Assembly (NCBI GenBank): GCA_963701855.1 | Contig: CAVPBK010000006.1 | Coordinates: 320,001 to 384,000, forward strand | From: Nitrospirota bacterium | GTDB lineage: Bacteria > Nitrospirota > Nitrospiria > Nitrospirales > Nitrospiraceae | Length of the DNA: 64,000 nt | Reading direction: 5' to 3' | Shown here: positions 31,621-43,748 of the stretch, piece by piece | How positions within the stretch are numbered: position 1 is the first letter of the stretch | Layout: every line of letters starts with the position of its first letter | Notes under the pieces: model-generated | Databases searched by the model: none | Seen by the model: the letters and a program-made list of their open reading frames with translations, nothing else | What the model was told of the DNA's origin: nothing | Made by a program: the position numbers and the translations under genes

Positions 31621-32460
31621 ATGACTACGGGAAATGATGTGAAGGAAATTGTACGCGAGAAATACGGCCAGGCGGCGCAGCGCGTGGCGGTCGGGCAGGC
31701 CAATGGGTGCTGCGGGGCGTCCGCTCTGGAGGGCTGCGATCCCATTACCTCCGATCTGTACGATACGGCACAAGCCGGAGAAGTGCCGGAGAAGGCGATG
31801 CAGGCCTCGCTCGGTTGCGGCAACCCGACCGCCCTGGCGGAACTGAAGCCGGGCGAGACGGTTCTGGATCTCGGCTCGGGCGGTGGTATCGACGTGCTCC
31901 TCTCGGCGAAGCGCGTGGGTCCCCTCGGCAAGGCATACGGTCTCGACATGACCGATGACATGCTCGCGCTTGCCGAAGAGAACAAGCGCAAAAGCGGCCT
32001 GACCAATGTGGAGTTCCTCAAGGGCGAGATTGAGCATATTCCGCTGCCGGATAACTCGGTCGATGTCATTATTTCGAACTGCGTCATCAATCTGTCTGGC
32101 GACAAGGACCGCGTCCTGAAGGAAGCGTTCCGGGTGCTCAAGCCGGGGGGCCGTTTCGCCGTCTCGGATGTGATGGTGCGCGGCGAAGTACCGGCCCTTA
32201 TCAAGAAAAGCATGGAGCTCTGGGTCGGCTGCATCGCCGGCGCACTTGCTGATCACGAGTATGTTAAGAAACTCGCCCTGGCTGGCTTCGAGAACATTGA
32301 TATCGAGGTCACGCGCACGTACAGCGCGGAGGATGCACGCAGCTTCCTCGTCGGAGAGGGACTGGATACCGACGCGCTCGCCGAACAGATTGACGGCAAA
32401 TTCATCAGCGGGTTTGTCCGCGCGGTCAAACCCGCCTGCTGCAAGCCGGGGTGTTGCTAA
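31621..32460 (+). CDS. arsM: Arsenite S-adenosylmethionine methyltransferase
   Basis: SLGCGNP, VLDLGSGGG, IISNCVINL and WVGCIAGA motifs. Confidence 0.95.
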   Translation: MTTGNDVKEIVREKYGQAAQRVAVGQANGCCGASALEGCDPITSDLYDTAQAGEVPEKAMQASLGCGNPTALAELKPGETVLDLGSGGGIDVLLSAKRVGPLGKAYGLDMTDDMLALAEENKRKSGLTNVEFLKGEIEHIPLPDNSVDVIISNCVINLSGDKDRVLKEAFRVLKPGGRFAVSDVMVRGEVPALIKKSMELWVGCIAGALADHEYVKKLALAGFENIDIEVTRTYSAEDARSFLVGEGLDTDALAEQIDGKFISGFVRAVKPACCKPGCC

Positions 32461-32461
32461 C

Positions 32462-33586
32462 ATGGCTGTGGTAGCTGAAACCATAGGGGTGCCTGCGAAA
32501 ACGGCAGGCAGCGGACTGGGGTTGTTTGAGCGATACCTGTCGGTCTGGGTGGCGCTTTGCATGGGCGTGGGCATCCTGCTCGGCAAGTTTGCACCTGACC
32601 TGATTCAGGGCCTACGCGGCCTCGAATTCGGGAAAGGCAGCCAGATTAACGTAGCGATTGCGGTGCTAATCTGGCTGATGATCACGCCAATGATGATGAA
32701 AGTCGATTTCTCCTCAGTGCGCAACGTCGGACGAAGACCGGCCGGGCTTCTCGTGACATTGCTGGTCAACTGGATCGTCAAACCCTTCTCGATGGCGCTG
32801 CTTGCCTATGGCTTCTTTCGATTCATCTTCGCCAGTTTCATCAGTCCTGCCGAGGCGGACCAGTACATCGCAGGATGCATTATCCTGGCGGCCGCGCCTT
32901 GCACGGCGATGGTCTTCGTCTGGAGTCATCTCACGAAAGGGGATGCGGCCTATACGCTCGTGCAGGTGTCCGTCAATGACCTCGTCATGCTGGTACTGTT
33001 TGTCCCCATCGTGCAGTTCCTTGTGGCGGGCGCCTCGTCACTAGCTGTGCCGTTTCAAGTTCTACTGTATTCCGTGCTGGTCTTCATTGTCATACCGCTC
33101 GTAGTGGGCACGCTGCTGCGGTGGGTGCTAGTTGATCAACGCGGCAAGGCGTGGTTTGAACACACGCTGCTCCCGAAATTCTCATCGGCGACAATCGCGG
33201 CCTTGCTGGCAACGCTGACACTGATCTTCGCGTTCCAGGCTGAGAATATCACTGGGCGGTTCTTCCATGTGGCCCTCATCGCCGTACCGATCACGCTGCA
33301 GGTCTACTTCAATGCCAGCCTGACCTATGGCCTCATGAAGTTTTTCAACGTCGAGCATGCGGTCGCGGCTCCTGGTGCGCTGATCGGCGCATCGAATTTC
33401 TTCGAGCTGGCGGTCGCAACGGCCATCGCTCTATACGGCCCTGAGTCTGGCGCAGCTCTGGCAACAGTCGTCGGTGTCCTGGTCGAAGTGCCGGTCATGC
33501 TGTCGGTGTGCTCAGCCTGCAACCGCACCCGGCAATGGTTCCCTCAGCCTTCAATCGAGGGGAACAGACAGCCACTCGTCTCTTAA
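32462..33586 (+). CDS. acr3: Acr3 arsenite efflux transporter
   Basis: FERYLSVWV, APCTAMVFVW, GASNFFELA and GVLVEVP motifs. Confidence 0.95.
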   Translation: MAVVAETIGVPAKTAGSGLGLFERYLSVWVALCMGVGILLGKFAPDLIQGLRGLEFGKGSQINVAIAVLIWLMITPMMMKVDFSSVRNVGRRPAGLLVTLLVNWIVKPFSMALLAYGFFRFIFASFISPAEADQYIAGCIILAAAPCTAMVFVWSHLTKGDAAYTLVQVSVNDLVMLVLFVPIVQFLVAGASSLAVPFQVLLYSVLVFIVIPLVVGTLLRWVLVDQRGKAWFEHTLLPKFSSATIAALLATLTLIFAFQAENITGRFFHVALIAVPITLQVYFNASLTYGLMKFFNVEHAVAAPGALIGASNFFELAVATAIALYGPESGAALATVVGVLVEVPVMLSVCSACNRTRQWFPQPSIEGNRQPLVS

Positions 33587-33637
33587 ACTCAACGCCTTCG
33601 TAATACTCGTGGCCATCGCATGATGAAAGGAGTGTCT

Positions 33638-34630
33638 ATGAAGAACATACTTGCCAGTTTCAATCTGTGGGGCTTCGTTTTACTGTGGGCCTCGTTCGCC
33701 AGTATTCCGCCGGCGTTTGCCGATAACGCAATCACGCTCGACCCAACCTTGAAAGGCTATGTCAAGGTTAGCGGGGTGTCCGGCAATGTCAACAGCATCG
33801 GCTCGGATACGCTCAACAACCTCATGACACTCTGGGCCGAAGGATTTCGGAAACAATATCCCAACGTCAAAATCCAGATCGAAGGCAAAGGTTCCAACAC
33901 GGCCCCTCCCGCATTGATCGAAGGCACATCGCAACTCGGGCCGATGTCACGCACGATGAAAAATACCGAGATTGATGCCTTCGAAAGAAAGTTCAGATAT
34001 AAACCCACCGCGTTCCCTATCGCCATTGACGCGCTTGCCGTTTACGTCAACAAGGACAATCCGATCCAAGGACTCACGATGGCACAAGTCGATGCGATCT
34101 TTTCGAAGAGTCGCCGCTGGGGCCACAATGAAAATATTAAGTTGTGGAAGCAAGCCGGCTTAACTGACGGCTTGGGCGACAGCTCCATCAGTATCTATGG
34201 ACGGAATTCGGCCTCGGGCACCTATGGATTTTTCAAGGAACATGCGCTCAAGAATGGAGATTTAAAGGACGAAGTCAAAGAACAGCCGGGGTCAGCCTCG
34301 GTGGTCCAAAGCGTGAGCGAAGATGAGGCGGGCATCGCCTACAGCGGCATTGGGTACCTGACATCGAATGTGCGCGCCGTGCCGCTGGCGGAGAAAGACG
34401 GCATGCCGTTTAAAGAGGCCAGCCAACAAAACGCGTACGATGGATCGTATCCGCTGTGGCGGCACCTCTACATCTATGTGAATAAGGCGCCCAATAAACC
34501 GCTGGACCCGATCGTCGGAGAATTCATCAAATACATCTATAGCAAAGAAGGGCAAACTGTGGTGATCAAAGACGGATTCTTCCCGCTGAAGGCCGCATTG
34601 ATCGAAAAGGAACTCAAGAATCTTGACTAG
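33638..34630 (+). CDS. pstS: Phosphate-binding protein PstS
   Basis: GSDT, EGKGS, GPMSR, GRNSASGTY and YPLWRHLY motifs. Confidence 0.92.
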   Translation: MKNILASFNLWGFVLLWASFASIPPAFADNAITLDPTLKGYVKVSGVSGNVNSIGSDTLNNLMTLWAEGFRKQYPNVKIQIEGKGSNTAPPALIEGTSQLGPMSRTMKNTEIDAFERKFRYKPTAFPIAIDALAVYVNKDNPIQGLTMAQVDAIFSKSRRWGHNENIKLWKQAGLTDGLGDSSISIYGRNSASGTYGFFKEHALKNGDLKDEVKEQPGSASVVQSVSEDEAGIAYSGIGYLTSNVRAVPLAEKDGMPFKEASQQNAYDGSYPLWRHLYIYVNKAPNKPLDPIVGEFIKYIYSKEGQTVVIKDGFFPLKAALIEKELKNLD

Positions 34631-34686
34631 CGACACTGGTCCCGCAAGCGGGTGGTAGAACATTCAACAGTAAATGGGTAGAAGCA

Positions 34687-35099
34687 TGGAAAAGAGACGG
34701 GTATTAATCCTCTGCACCGGCAATTCGGCCAGATCGCAGATGGCCGAAGGTCTCTTGCGGCATGACGCGGGGGACCGTTTCGAAGTGGAGAGCGCCGGTA
34801 CGAAGCCGGGCATCGTGCGACCTGAAGCGATTGCTGTCATGAAAGAAGTGGGGATCGACATCACCGCGCATCGGTCGAAACACGTCGAAGAGTTTAACGG
34901 ACAGCACTTCGACTACGTGCTGACTGTCTGCAACAATGCGAAGGAAAGCTGCCCGGTCTTTTTCGCGACGGCAGAATGCCCGCATCATGGCTTCACAGAT
35001 CCAGCCATCGTCGATGGGGCTCAAGAGAAGCGTATGGCCGCTTTCCGCACCGTGCGTGACGAAATACGGTCTTACCTCAAGGGATTTCCGCAAGGATAG
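34687..35099 (+). CDS. arsC: Thioredoxin-type arsenate reductase (LMW-PTP fold)
   Basis: CTGNSARS P-loop plus TVC...ESCP resolving cysteines. Confidence 0.9.
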
Positions 35100-35342
35100 A
35101 TCGAATGCCCTATGGCATGGCCGGGGCGAGATTTGAAACCCCCTACAGTGTCGGAGACCATAGGGTGCGATCTGCTCTTATCGGTCCTGCTCAATGCCCC
35201 GACTCATTGTACTGACCTGCGGTTTCATTAACCTGAGAACGGGTAAAACACTCAGAAGCTCAAGGTGTTACAAGCTCTTCTACCATCATGCTACCGATCT
35301 ACACCGCGCGGGATTGGCCCACAAGCCTCGCCGCGCCGCATT

Positions 35343-35897
35343 TCAGCGTGTGAAGAAGAGCTTGCGGAGCCCACCTTCGCCCAGGTGGTGATCAATCTCG
35401 GAGAAACAGTTGTAGATCAGAAACGAGAAGACGGCGCAGAGATTAAAAGCAATAAAGTGGTTTACATCCCTGCCCGCCCACAACTCCGATAGCGCCCTGG
35501 AAAGTTCACCGTTTTCTCGGTAGAAATGGAACAATCGCTCGGCCAAGGTGACGACGAACACGATGGCGGTGTAACAGAGCGAGCGCCAAAGGACATGGGC
35601 AAAGAGACTCGCAGAGCGGAATTGGTTGCCGAACGAGGTCTTCTCAAGCAGGACAACGACCTTGGCGACCACCAGCGCACCGATCAGCGCCGTGTGGAAA
35701 ATCGTAATCTCCAAGTGATATTCCTCCAAAAAGAGCTTCTTGAGTAAGAGAAAAAACAGGAAGCAGCCCAGAAAATAAAGGGTTACGAGTGCGATCTCTC
35801 GCACCTCATGCCGTATGCGTTCGCCTACTGTCACCTGACCGCTCCTTTCTGTTCGCCAGTGCCCGCTGCCTAACGTACCATGACGAACATCCGCCAC
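35343..35897 (-). CDS. Hypothetical membrane protein (about 4 TM)
   Basis: Hydrophobic segments; start uncertain. Confidence 0.7.
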   Translation of the reverse strand: MADVRHGTLGSGHWRTERSGQVTVGERIRHEVREIALVTLYFLGCFLFFLLLKKLFLEEYHLEITIFHTALIGALVVAKVVVLLEKTSFGNQFRSASLFAHVLWRSLCYTAIVFVVTLAERLFHFYRENGELSRALSELWAGRDVNHFIAFNLCAVFSFLIYNCFSEIDHHLGEGGLRKLFFTR

Positions 35898-36005
35898 GAA
35901 TGAGTCTACGGGCGCAAAAGGCTAAGTCGTCCGCAGCGGACTGTCAAGGCTACTGAGAGGAGAAATGGATGAGGGGGAAAGCCGCTGACAAGTGCAGATA
36001 GCCGC

Positions 36006-36533
36006 CTACTTCTTCTTCCTCCACTCCCCACGGCGGTACCGGCTGCAGATCGGCCCACAAGCCTTTCTGCGACCCTCGCGCATCCCTCTCTAGCACTTCC
36101 AGTACCGTATCTCTCGGCGCATATCTTCTGTACCACCAGCAAAACCCCTCTTGACCAACGTGTGATTGACGTTGGTGCCATCGGGCAGGATTACCTCGCC
36201 GATGGTGGGCCCGTACTTGTCGAGACCGTGCGTCTGGAGTGTGACTTCTTTTCCATAAAACAACGCTGCCGCGGCTTGCTTCGCTCGCTTGCCGAACGCT
36301 TGGCCTTTCTCCGGGCAGTCGATTCCACTGAGGCGGATGCGTTCAGTATGGTGGCCGTTCAAGACTTCGACAGTATCGCCGTCGAGCACGGAGACGACTC
36401 CTCCAGTGAAGTCAGTGGCGAAGACAATAGTTGGGATGAGCAAGGCTGCCAGCAGCAGGAATGATGCCCTGTGCGGGACCAGGGTCGTCGCAAGGTAACT
36501 ACAAATACCCATCTCGTTGGGCATCCACGACAA
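36006..36533 (-). pseudogene. Thermonuclease (SNase-like), one frameshift near 36145
   Basis: DGDT, IRLSGIDCPE and DKYG motifs; continues in another frame as WWYRRYAP...KGLWAD...PPWEWRK. Confidence 0.8.
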
Positions 36534-37110
36534 ATTGTGCGGTTGTCGAACGCACAGCGTCTTCGAGCGTATAGGTGAAGAAGTTAATCCAGGAGAATGG
36601 AAGCACCAATAGCCAGTAGAATCCTTTTACCGAAATTTCGTATGTGTACGTCTTTGTGAGCGCATTCCGGTCATAGACGCTATAGGACAACTCCCAGCCG
36701 ATTTGCTCAATAAAGGGGAAAATAAAGAGCGACCGATATGCCCATTTATGCCAGAACTCCCTCCACCCACTAGGAATTTGTTTTTCCAGAGCGCTGACCA
36801 CGACTTCCGTCTCTGCCCCCTTAGATTTATGATCACCAGGAGAACTGCTGCTACAGCCTCCGTAACTTTTAAGTGCTGCTTGCAGTGCATGAACCAGCCT
36901 CAACGGTACCAGCACGTCCCCTTCCGTTACAGTGTAAGTCGATCCGTCTGCCAGACGCGCTAGATACTTAATGGTGTGATGACAACGAGGGGATGCAGCC
37001 GGCTCATATGGGTTTGGGAGGGGATTCACAATTGGGAAATCCCGATACGTCACGATACAGCCGGAGAGGGTGACCAGAAGTACAAGAAGCATGAGGCTGC
37101 GGGTTCTCAC
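36499..37110 (-). CDS. Hypothetical lipoprotein
   Basis: Lipobox LSGC. Confidence 0.7.
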   Translation of the reverse strand: MRTRSLMLLVLLVTLSGCIVTYRDFPIVNPLPNPYEPAASPRCHHTIKYLARLADGSTYTVTEGDVLVPLRLVHALQAALKSYGGCSSSSPGDHKSKGAETEVVVSALEKQIPSGWREFWHKWAYRSLFIFPFIEQIGWELSYSVYDRNALTKTYTYEISVKGFYWLLVLPFSWINFFTYTLEDAVRSTTAQFVVDAQRDGYL

Positions 37111-37113
37111 GGA

Positions 37114-37410
37114 TTACTTCTGCCTCGCCACAATCTTGGAGTTGATCTGCTCGTAGGTCGCTCGCGGAAAAATCTTCTTCTGCACCAATTCATCCATCCG
37201 CTGATATGGTCGCCCCTTGATAATCTTTGCTGAGTAGGCCTCGCCGATCCCAGGCAGAGCTTTGAGTTGATCCGCTGTGGCCGTGTGGATGTCGAGGAGG
37301 TCCGCCTGCCCGGCAGCGATCGCCAGAGACGGGCCCACCAGAATGGAAGGCTTGAGGCTCCAGGAGCAGAGCCAACATAGCGCAAGAACAACAAGACTGA
37401 CTCGTTTCAT
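37114..37410 (-). CDS. ComEA-like helix-hairpin-helix DNA-binding protein
   Basis: Signal peptide plus LDIHTATADQLKALPGIG...IIKGRPY. Confidence 0.85.
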   Translation of the reverse strand: MKRVSLVVLALCWLCSWSLKPSILVGPSLAIAAGQADLLDIHTATADQLKALPGIGEAYSAKIIKGRPYQRMDELVQKKIFPRATYEQINSKIVARQK

Positions 37411-37929
37411 GATACGCTCATCCTATGATGAACTGAACTTCCTGCTCGGGCGTGGTTCTGAATGCCTGGACTCTAAAGACAAAGCGGTCCCATGTCATTC
37501 GTTACAAAAACGCAGCATGTAACACAATATTTTTAGGGGCAACCTTCATGTTATACGCATTATTCATGTTTTGGATTGTTGCTAGCATTTCAGCGGTTGT
37601 GGTTAGCATGGTACTCGGTGGCTTATTGTGTGTGTGGTGTGCCTTTATAGGTCGTAGGCGCTCCCGACGGGATGCCGCCTCCTTGTTAGTGCATCGTCTC
37701 CCGCAGCCACCCGCTGCCCCATCTCAATGATGCAGCCCTTCTCCCTGTTCCAATCATAATGCGACTCGCTGCAAAAATTCTTTGCGTTGGGCCGGAGTGA
37801 GCTCAATGGCATGAATCAATTTCAGGATACGGTCTATGACCGCTTCCTCCAGATTGGCGGTGTCGCCGATGCTGGCTTGTTTAGGCATATGCGTGCGGAG
37901 ACGTAGGCTCCCTCCATCTACGTGCCTGT

Positions 37930-38175
37930 CTAGTGCGTGGTTTCGATCTCTCTGAGCGCTTGGGTATACGGGGCACAGAACTCCTTCGCCTTGGGTGGCG
38001 CGTCCTGATATTTCTCCAGGCAGAGCCGATAGTCATGGAGCAACGCGGCCCGTTCTTCTTGGAGATCCGCCGTGGTCTTCTTGACACGAAATTCTTCGTA
38101 GTAATGACAGCCCACGGTCCCCCCAAGCAGCACGCTCACCCCGATCCACAACAGGAATCTTGAGAGTATACCCAT
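37930..38175 (-). CDS. Small hypothetical lipoprotein
   Basis: Hydrophobic leader ending TVGC, then a coiled-coil with two Cys. Confidence 0.6.
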   Translation of the reverse strand: MGILSRFLLWIGVSVLLGGTVGCHYYEEFRVKKTTADLQEERAALLHDYRLCLEKYQDAPPKAKEFCAPYTQALREIETTH

Positions 38176-38306
38176 CACAACCTTTCCCTTTCCTTTGAGC
38201 GGTAGCCCCCTCCGTTCGCGCTCTTCCACAATGGCCGCCATCTCCGACATGGTGGAGACGGTCGCTTCTTCGAGGGACAGGGTGTCGCGTTGGGGGCGGT
38301 TCTCGC

Positions 38307-38888
38307 TCATTGGTTTTTCGGCTTCCACTCCCGCGCCAGTTTTTGCGCCTCAGCAATCTGGGCAGGGGTCATCTGCTTGGCGCTCGCATTACGAAGTTCG
38401 GCCGCCGGCTTATCCCCGTTCGTTGCCGCCAGGCTGTACCACTTATATGCCTGGACAATATCCTGCGGCACCCCTTGGCCCTCATCGTACATGATGGCAA
38501 TTTTCGTTTGAGCGAGCGCCTCTCCTTGGTCTGCGGCCAGACGGAACCATCGCAGGGCCTGCTGATAGTCTTTCGGAGTTCCTTCTCCGTTAAAATACAA
38601 CGTCCCTAGGTTGAACTGCGCCTTGGCCTGTCCCTGTGCCGCTGCTTTTGCATACCACTGCCGTGCTTGGACATCATCCTGCGGCACGCCTCGGCCTTTG
38701 CGATACAGCACTCCGAGGTTGTACTGCGCGAGGGCATCTCCCTGTTCGGCAAGTGGTCGCCATTCACGCAAGGCTGTGGCGTAGTCTCCACGGGTAGTGG
38801 CATCCATACCAGCCTGAAAGTCGGCCCATGCGGACACGGCGAGGAAGATGATCGACAATACAAATGTGATGGTGAATCGGAGCGACAT
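38307..38888 (-). CDS. Sel1-like repeat protein
   Basis: Signal peptide; AQYNLGVLY..G.GVPQD repeats. Confidence 0.9.
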   Translation of the reverse strand: MSLRFTITFVLSIIFLAVSAWADFQAGMDATTRGDYATALREWRPLAEQGDALAQYNLGVLYRKGRGVPQDDVQARQWYAKAAAQGQAKAQFNLGTLYFNGEGTPKDYQQALRWFRLAADQGEALAQTKIAIMYDEGQGVPQDIVQAYKWYSLAATNGDKPAAELRNASAKQMTPAQIAEAQKLAREWKPKNQ

Positions 38889-38983
38889 ACGAACCTCGCG
38901 GGTGGCGTATTGTAGGAGGGGGACGAAGGAAGGCGCAAGACATGCGTGCGCGGTAGTCCGTCGCTGGAACTTCGTCATGGTGT

Positions 38984-40201
38984 TGACCAGCCGGGAATTT
39001 TTGTACCACTTACCATGTTAGTCATCAGCTCGCAAGCTGGATAGTTTCGGGAGTGGGTGGCTGGCCCACGAGACTGCTATGTGGACGGACCATGTTGTAG
39101 TGAGTCCTCCAACGTTCCGTCATGATCTGTGCTTCCTTGAGTGTATAGAACAGCTCGCCGTTCAAAAACTGCTCCCGCATCTTTCCATTAAATGACTCGA
39201 CATACCCGTTCTCCCAGGGAGACCCTGGCTCGATATAGAGCGGCGCAGCCTGAAGGGCGTTCAGCCATTGTCTGAGTTTGCTCGCGATGAACTCCGGCCC
39301 ATGATTCGATCGGATGTGCATCGGGATCCCGCGACTGAGAAACAGATCCGCCAGGATCAACAACACGTCTTGTGAGCGGATCCGGCGGGCTACCACCGAG
39401 GCCAGACACTCACGGTTGTACTCATCAAGAATATTGAGAATCCGAAAGGGCCGTCCGTCGTGCGTCCGATCTGCCACGAAGGCATACGACCAGACGTGAT
39501 GGCGGTACGCGGGCCGGAGTCGGAGGCACGACCAATCAGCGCGCCACAGTCGGGCTCGCTTCGGCTGCTTTTGCGGCACTTGGAGGCCTTCGTGCCGCCA
39601 GATCGTATACACGGAGTCTTTTCCCACGTCCCAGCCCTCGCGTCTTAAGAGATCCGTCACCGTACGGTAGCCGTACCGCCCATACTCCTTCGCGAGGGCG
39701 ATGATCCGCTCGCGCACCCGCGCTCGATCGTGATCAGGCTGCGGCACGTACCGATAGGAGGACCGGATCTGGCCGATCGCCCGACACGCTCGACGCTCGG
39801 ACACCTGGAGCACCGTGACGGCGTGCCCCACGGCTTCGCGCCGGCGGGCCGGGTTTAGAAGTTTCCCGCGGCGACCTCTTTCAAGATGGAGAGATCGAGC
39901 GCTTGGTCGGCGACAATCCGCTTGAGGCGCAGATTCTCCTGCTCCAGTCCCTTCAGCTGCTTCGCTTGATCCACGCGCAGCCCACCGTATTCTTTCTTCC
40001 ACCGGTAGTACGTTTGCTCGGTAATGCTGAGCTTCCGACACGCGTCAAGCACCGCTAGCCCTTTGCTGGTCTCCAGCTCGACCGTCCGCAGATGTTGAAT
40101 GATCTCTTCGGGCGTGTACCGTTTTTTGGGCATGATCCTGCCCTCCCTGGTTGCGGTCCAGTCTAACATTCACCCTGGACCAGATTTGCCCGGGCAGGTC
40201 A
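38984..40201 (-). mobile_element. IS3-family (IS407-like) element, full length (1218 bp), DDE degenerate
   Basis: Imperfect IRs TGACCtGCCcGG...ATGTTAG / TGACCaGCCgGG...ATGTTAG; orfA 39855-40133; orfB ends at 39025; GGGAAAC slippery site at 39861-39867. Confidence 0.92.
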
Positions 40202-40407
40202 CGGGCAGGACTCAAATCAGACAAAACATCGATCGTATTACAGCGCGTTTTCCGCTCGTGCTAACGGCTCCTTTTCCTCCCCTCCCACGGCGGCCTTGGC
40301 AGACTTCGTGCTTGAAAACCATGGCGTATGAGTTTACGTTCATGCCATTTGAAGTGTTGTCTGAAAGGTAGTATGTCGAAAAACTCACTCAACAAGGAGC
40401 TGCTCTG

Positions 40408-40626
40408 ATGGAAGGAAACATATTTAAGGATGCTGATTGGGTATTGGGAGATATGGCGTGGGTCCTTTTAGGGGGAACCGTTGTCCTCGGGCTATTAATG
40501 TTGAATGCGTATTTTCAGCGAATAGCTAGAAGTGAGGAGGATGAACGAATAGCACGCCTGGCTTCCGAGCGTCTTAATCAAGAGAGATCAGCAGCTTCTC
40601 AGAGTCGTCGACCTAACGACATCTGA
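40408..40626 (+). CDS. Small single-TM hypothetical protein
   Basis: AAGGAG RBS and one TM helix. Confidence 0.55.
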   Translation: MEGNIFKDADWVLGDMAWVLLGGTVVLGLLMLNAYFQRIARSEEDERIARLASERLNQERSAASQSRRPNDI

Positions 40627-40724
40627 CGTCCTGGCTGCCTGTGGAACTCGGCGTGTCTTCCCTCCGATTCCGGACACACTTGCTTTCCTCGCATTCTGCC
40701 CACAGTGACCTTGTATCTTGCGCC

Positions 40725-41848
<1,124 letters not shown>

Positions 41849-41909
41849 CAACCAAGACAGTTGCTGCCCCCTATAAACAGGCCGGATCTGGAGTCAAGAT
41901 TTCGACCGG

Positions 41910-42880
41910 TGGTCGGCTCCATAATTTTGTACCATTGCTAGGGAGCGTTTCCCGCCGTGATGCGGGGCTCACAGCGCTGATGCTCCGCGTGGGCCCTAGC
42001 GAATTCCTCGGGTGTGCGAGCCTGGAGCGCCTGGTGAGGCCGACTCCCGTTCTCCTCACGCCGCCAGGCCTCGATCCGGTCGTGAGCCTCCCGCAGTGAC
42101 TCGAACCCGTGTGCATGCAGGCCCTCCCGTCGCAACGTCGCATGGCACGATTCCACATGCGCATGGTCCGTCGGCGTGCCTGGTCTAGAGCAGTCGATGG
42201 AGACCGTGTTGTGAGAGGCCCAGCGGTCCATTCGCTGACTCCTGAACTCACTCCCGTTGTCACAGAAGCGCCTCCTCGGCGTGCCTCGATGGATGTTGCG
42301 CCGAGTCAACACCGCCACGACGTGCGCGCCGCGAAGACGCTGGCCCACCTCAATGGCCACACCCTCGCGCGTATACACAGCGCTGCCGGTGCGGGCGCGA
42401 AATCGGCGCCCCTCGACCAGTGGATCCGCCACACCGTCTCGTAGCCACGCGTCCTGCGGTCTCGTTACCGTCGGCCGGTGCACTCGGGGCACCACCGATT
42501 TTCGCCGCCGGGGGCTCCGGCGACGCAGCCTCAGGCCTTCTTCTCGGGAGAGACGAGACCCGAGCTTCTTGCCCACAGCCCCCCGTCCCGATTGAGGCGC
42601 CCCCGAATGTTTCGATACCCGTACCGGACCCGCGTCTGGGTCAGCTCCCTGCGCCGCGGCCGGAGTGCGGGGCGGGGATCACGCTGACTCCGATAGTCGT
42701 AGGGGGCCCTCGCACCGCGGACGGTTCGGCAGGCGCGCCGCTCACGCACCGCATACGCGGGGCACAGAGACGTCCCCACACTCCGCGTCCGCGAGGGCCG
42801 TAGACTTGTTTTGTGAGGACGTCCTGCAGCCTGACTTTGTCCAACGACAAGTCCGCCACCACGCACTTCAGCAAGGAGAA
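41910..42880 (-). mobile_element. Degenerate IS3-family (IS407-like) element
   Basis: Frameshifted fragments VADLSLDK, RYGYR, CDNGSEF and HVES; IR-like TGGTCGGCTCC...GTACCA at 41910. Confidence 0.85.
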
Positions 42881-42919
42881 GAGCCCGGGAGATTAACGCG
42901 ACTGATTAAGGATTCTTAA

Positions 42920-43219
42920 ACTCAGAAGATCGAATATGCCATGATCTCGATCGGTGACACCGATCATTACAAAGCATTCCCGTGGAGTAATTTCAAAGTC
43001 GACAAGGAAGAGGGCAACGTCGCGCTCAACGTGACGAGGGAGCAGCTGCGGCCCGAGCTCGCGCAAACCGATCTCTCGCCGGACGTTACGAAAGTGGTGG
43101 AAGATCCGCCGCAGATGCTCAGAAAGTCGGAACCTCGAAATGCCGAAAAGCGTGATCGTTTAAGCAGTGGTCCGGTGAGCGAACACGACGTGGGCGACTC
43201 CCCATCTTCTGGCAAGTAA
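42920..43219 (+). pseudogene. PRC-barrel protein C-terminal fragment
   Basis: IEYAMISIG...AFPWSNF...LNVTREQL; 5' end cut by the IS remnant. Confidence 0.55.
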
Positions 43220-43349
43220 AACATGGACGAGGGTTGTCAGGGATGGCCGAAGCAGAGGACTCCGGCGTCATCATCTGACCCCAACTGCTCTCTGCAACTC
43301 TGAGAGCTAGGGGATTTCCCAGTACCCTAACCGGCTAGGCAGGAACAGG

Positions 43350-43688
43350 ATGCTTGATCATGAGGGTTGGCATCTCGACTTGTTGCCGTTCTTGGCTCGC
43401 CCTGTAAAAAATTATAGAAGGAGGTGGAGAATGGTTGGAGAAACCATGTTCGCTCAAATAATTCATGAGGCGCCGTCCGCTTCGAGAAAAAAGCCGTCGC
43501 TGCTCGCCGTCTGTTGTATGTGCGGACTCGTTCGAGACGAGACCAGACATTCCCTCGATCATGAGCGTTGGGTTACGCGGCGAACGTATCGAAAAATACA
43601 TGGTGCGATGCCGGACGATTGCGTTCTCACTCATACATACTGTCCAAACTGTTATACACAGGTTATGGATAGAATGAGTACCGGCTAG
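43350..43688 (+). CDS. Hypothetical Zn-binding protein
   Basis: VCCMCG...THTYCPNC; start uncertain. Confidence 0.55.
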   Translation: MLDHEGWHLDLLPFLARPVKNYRRRWRMVGETMFAQIIHEAPSASRKKPSLLAVCCMCGLVRDETRHSLDHERWVTRRTYRKIHGAMPDDCVLTHTYCPNCYTQVMDRMSTG

Positions 43689-43748
43689 GTCATGTAGTGT
43701 CTCCGCGTCCCATGCGGTACAGTTCTACCCGGTCTCTGGTTATCCATA

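Noticed and set aside
32246..32461. N-terminal extension of Acr3
   Set aside because: Overlaps arsM; the real start is ATG 32462.
31429..32586. 385-aa minus-strand ORF
   Set aside because: Antisense shadow of arsR/arsM.
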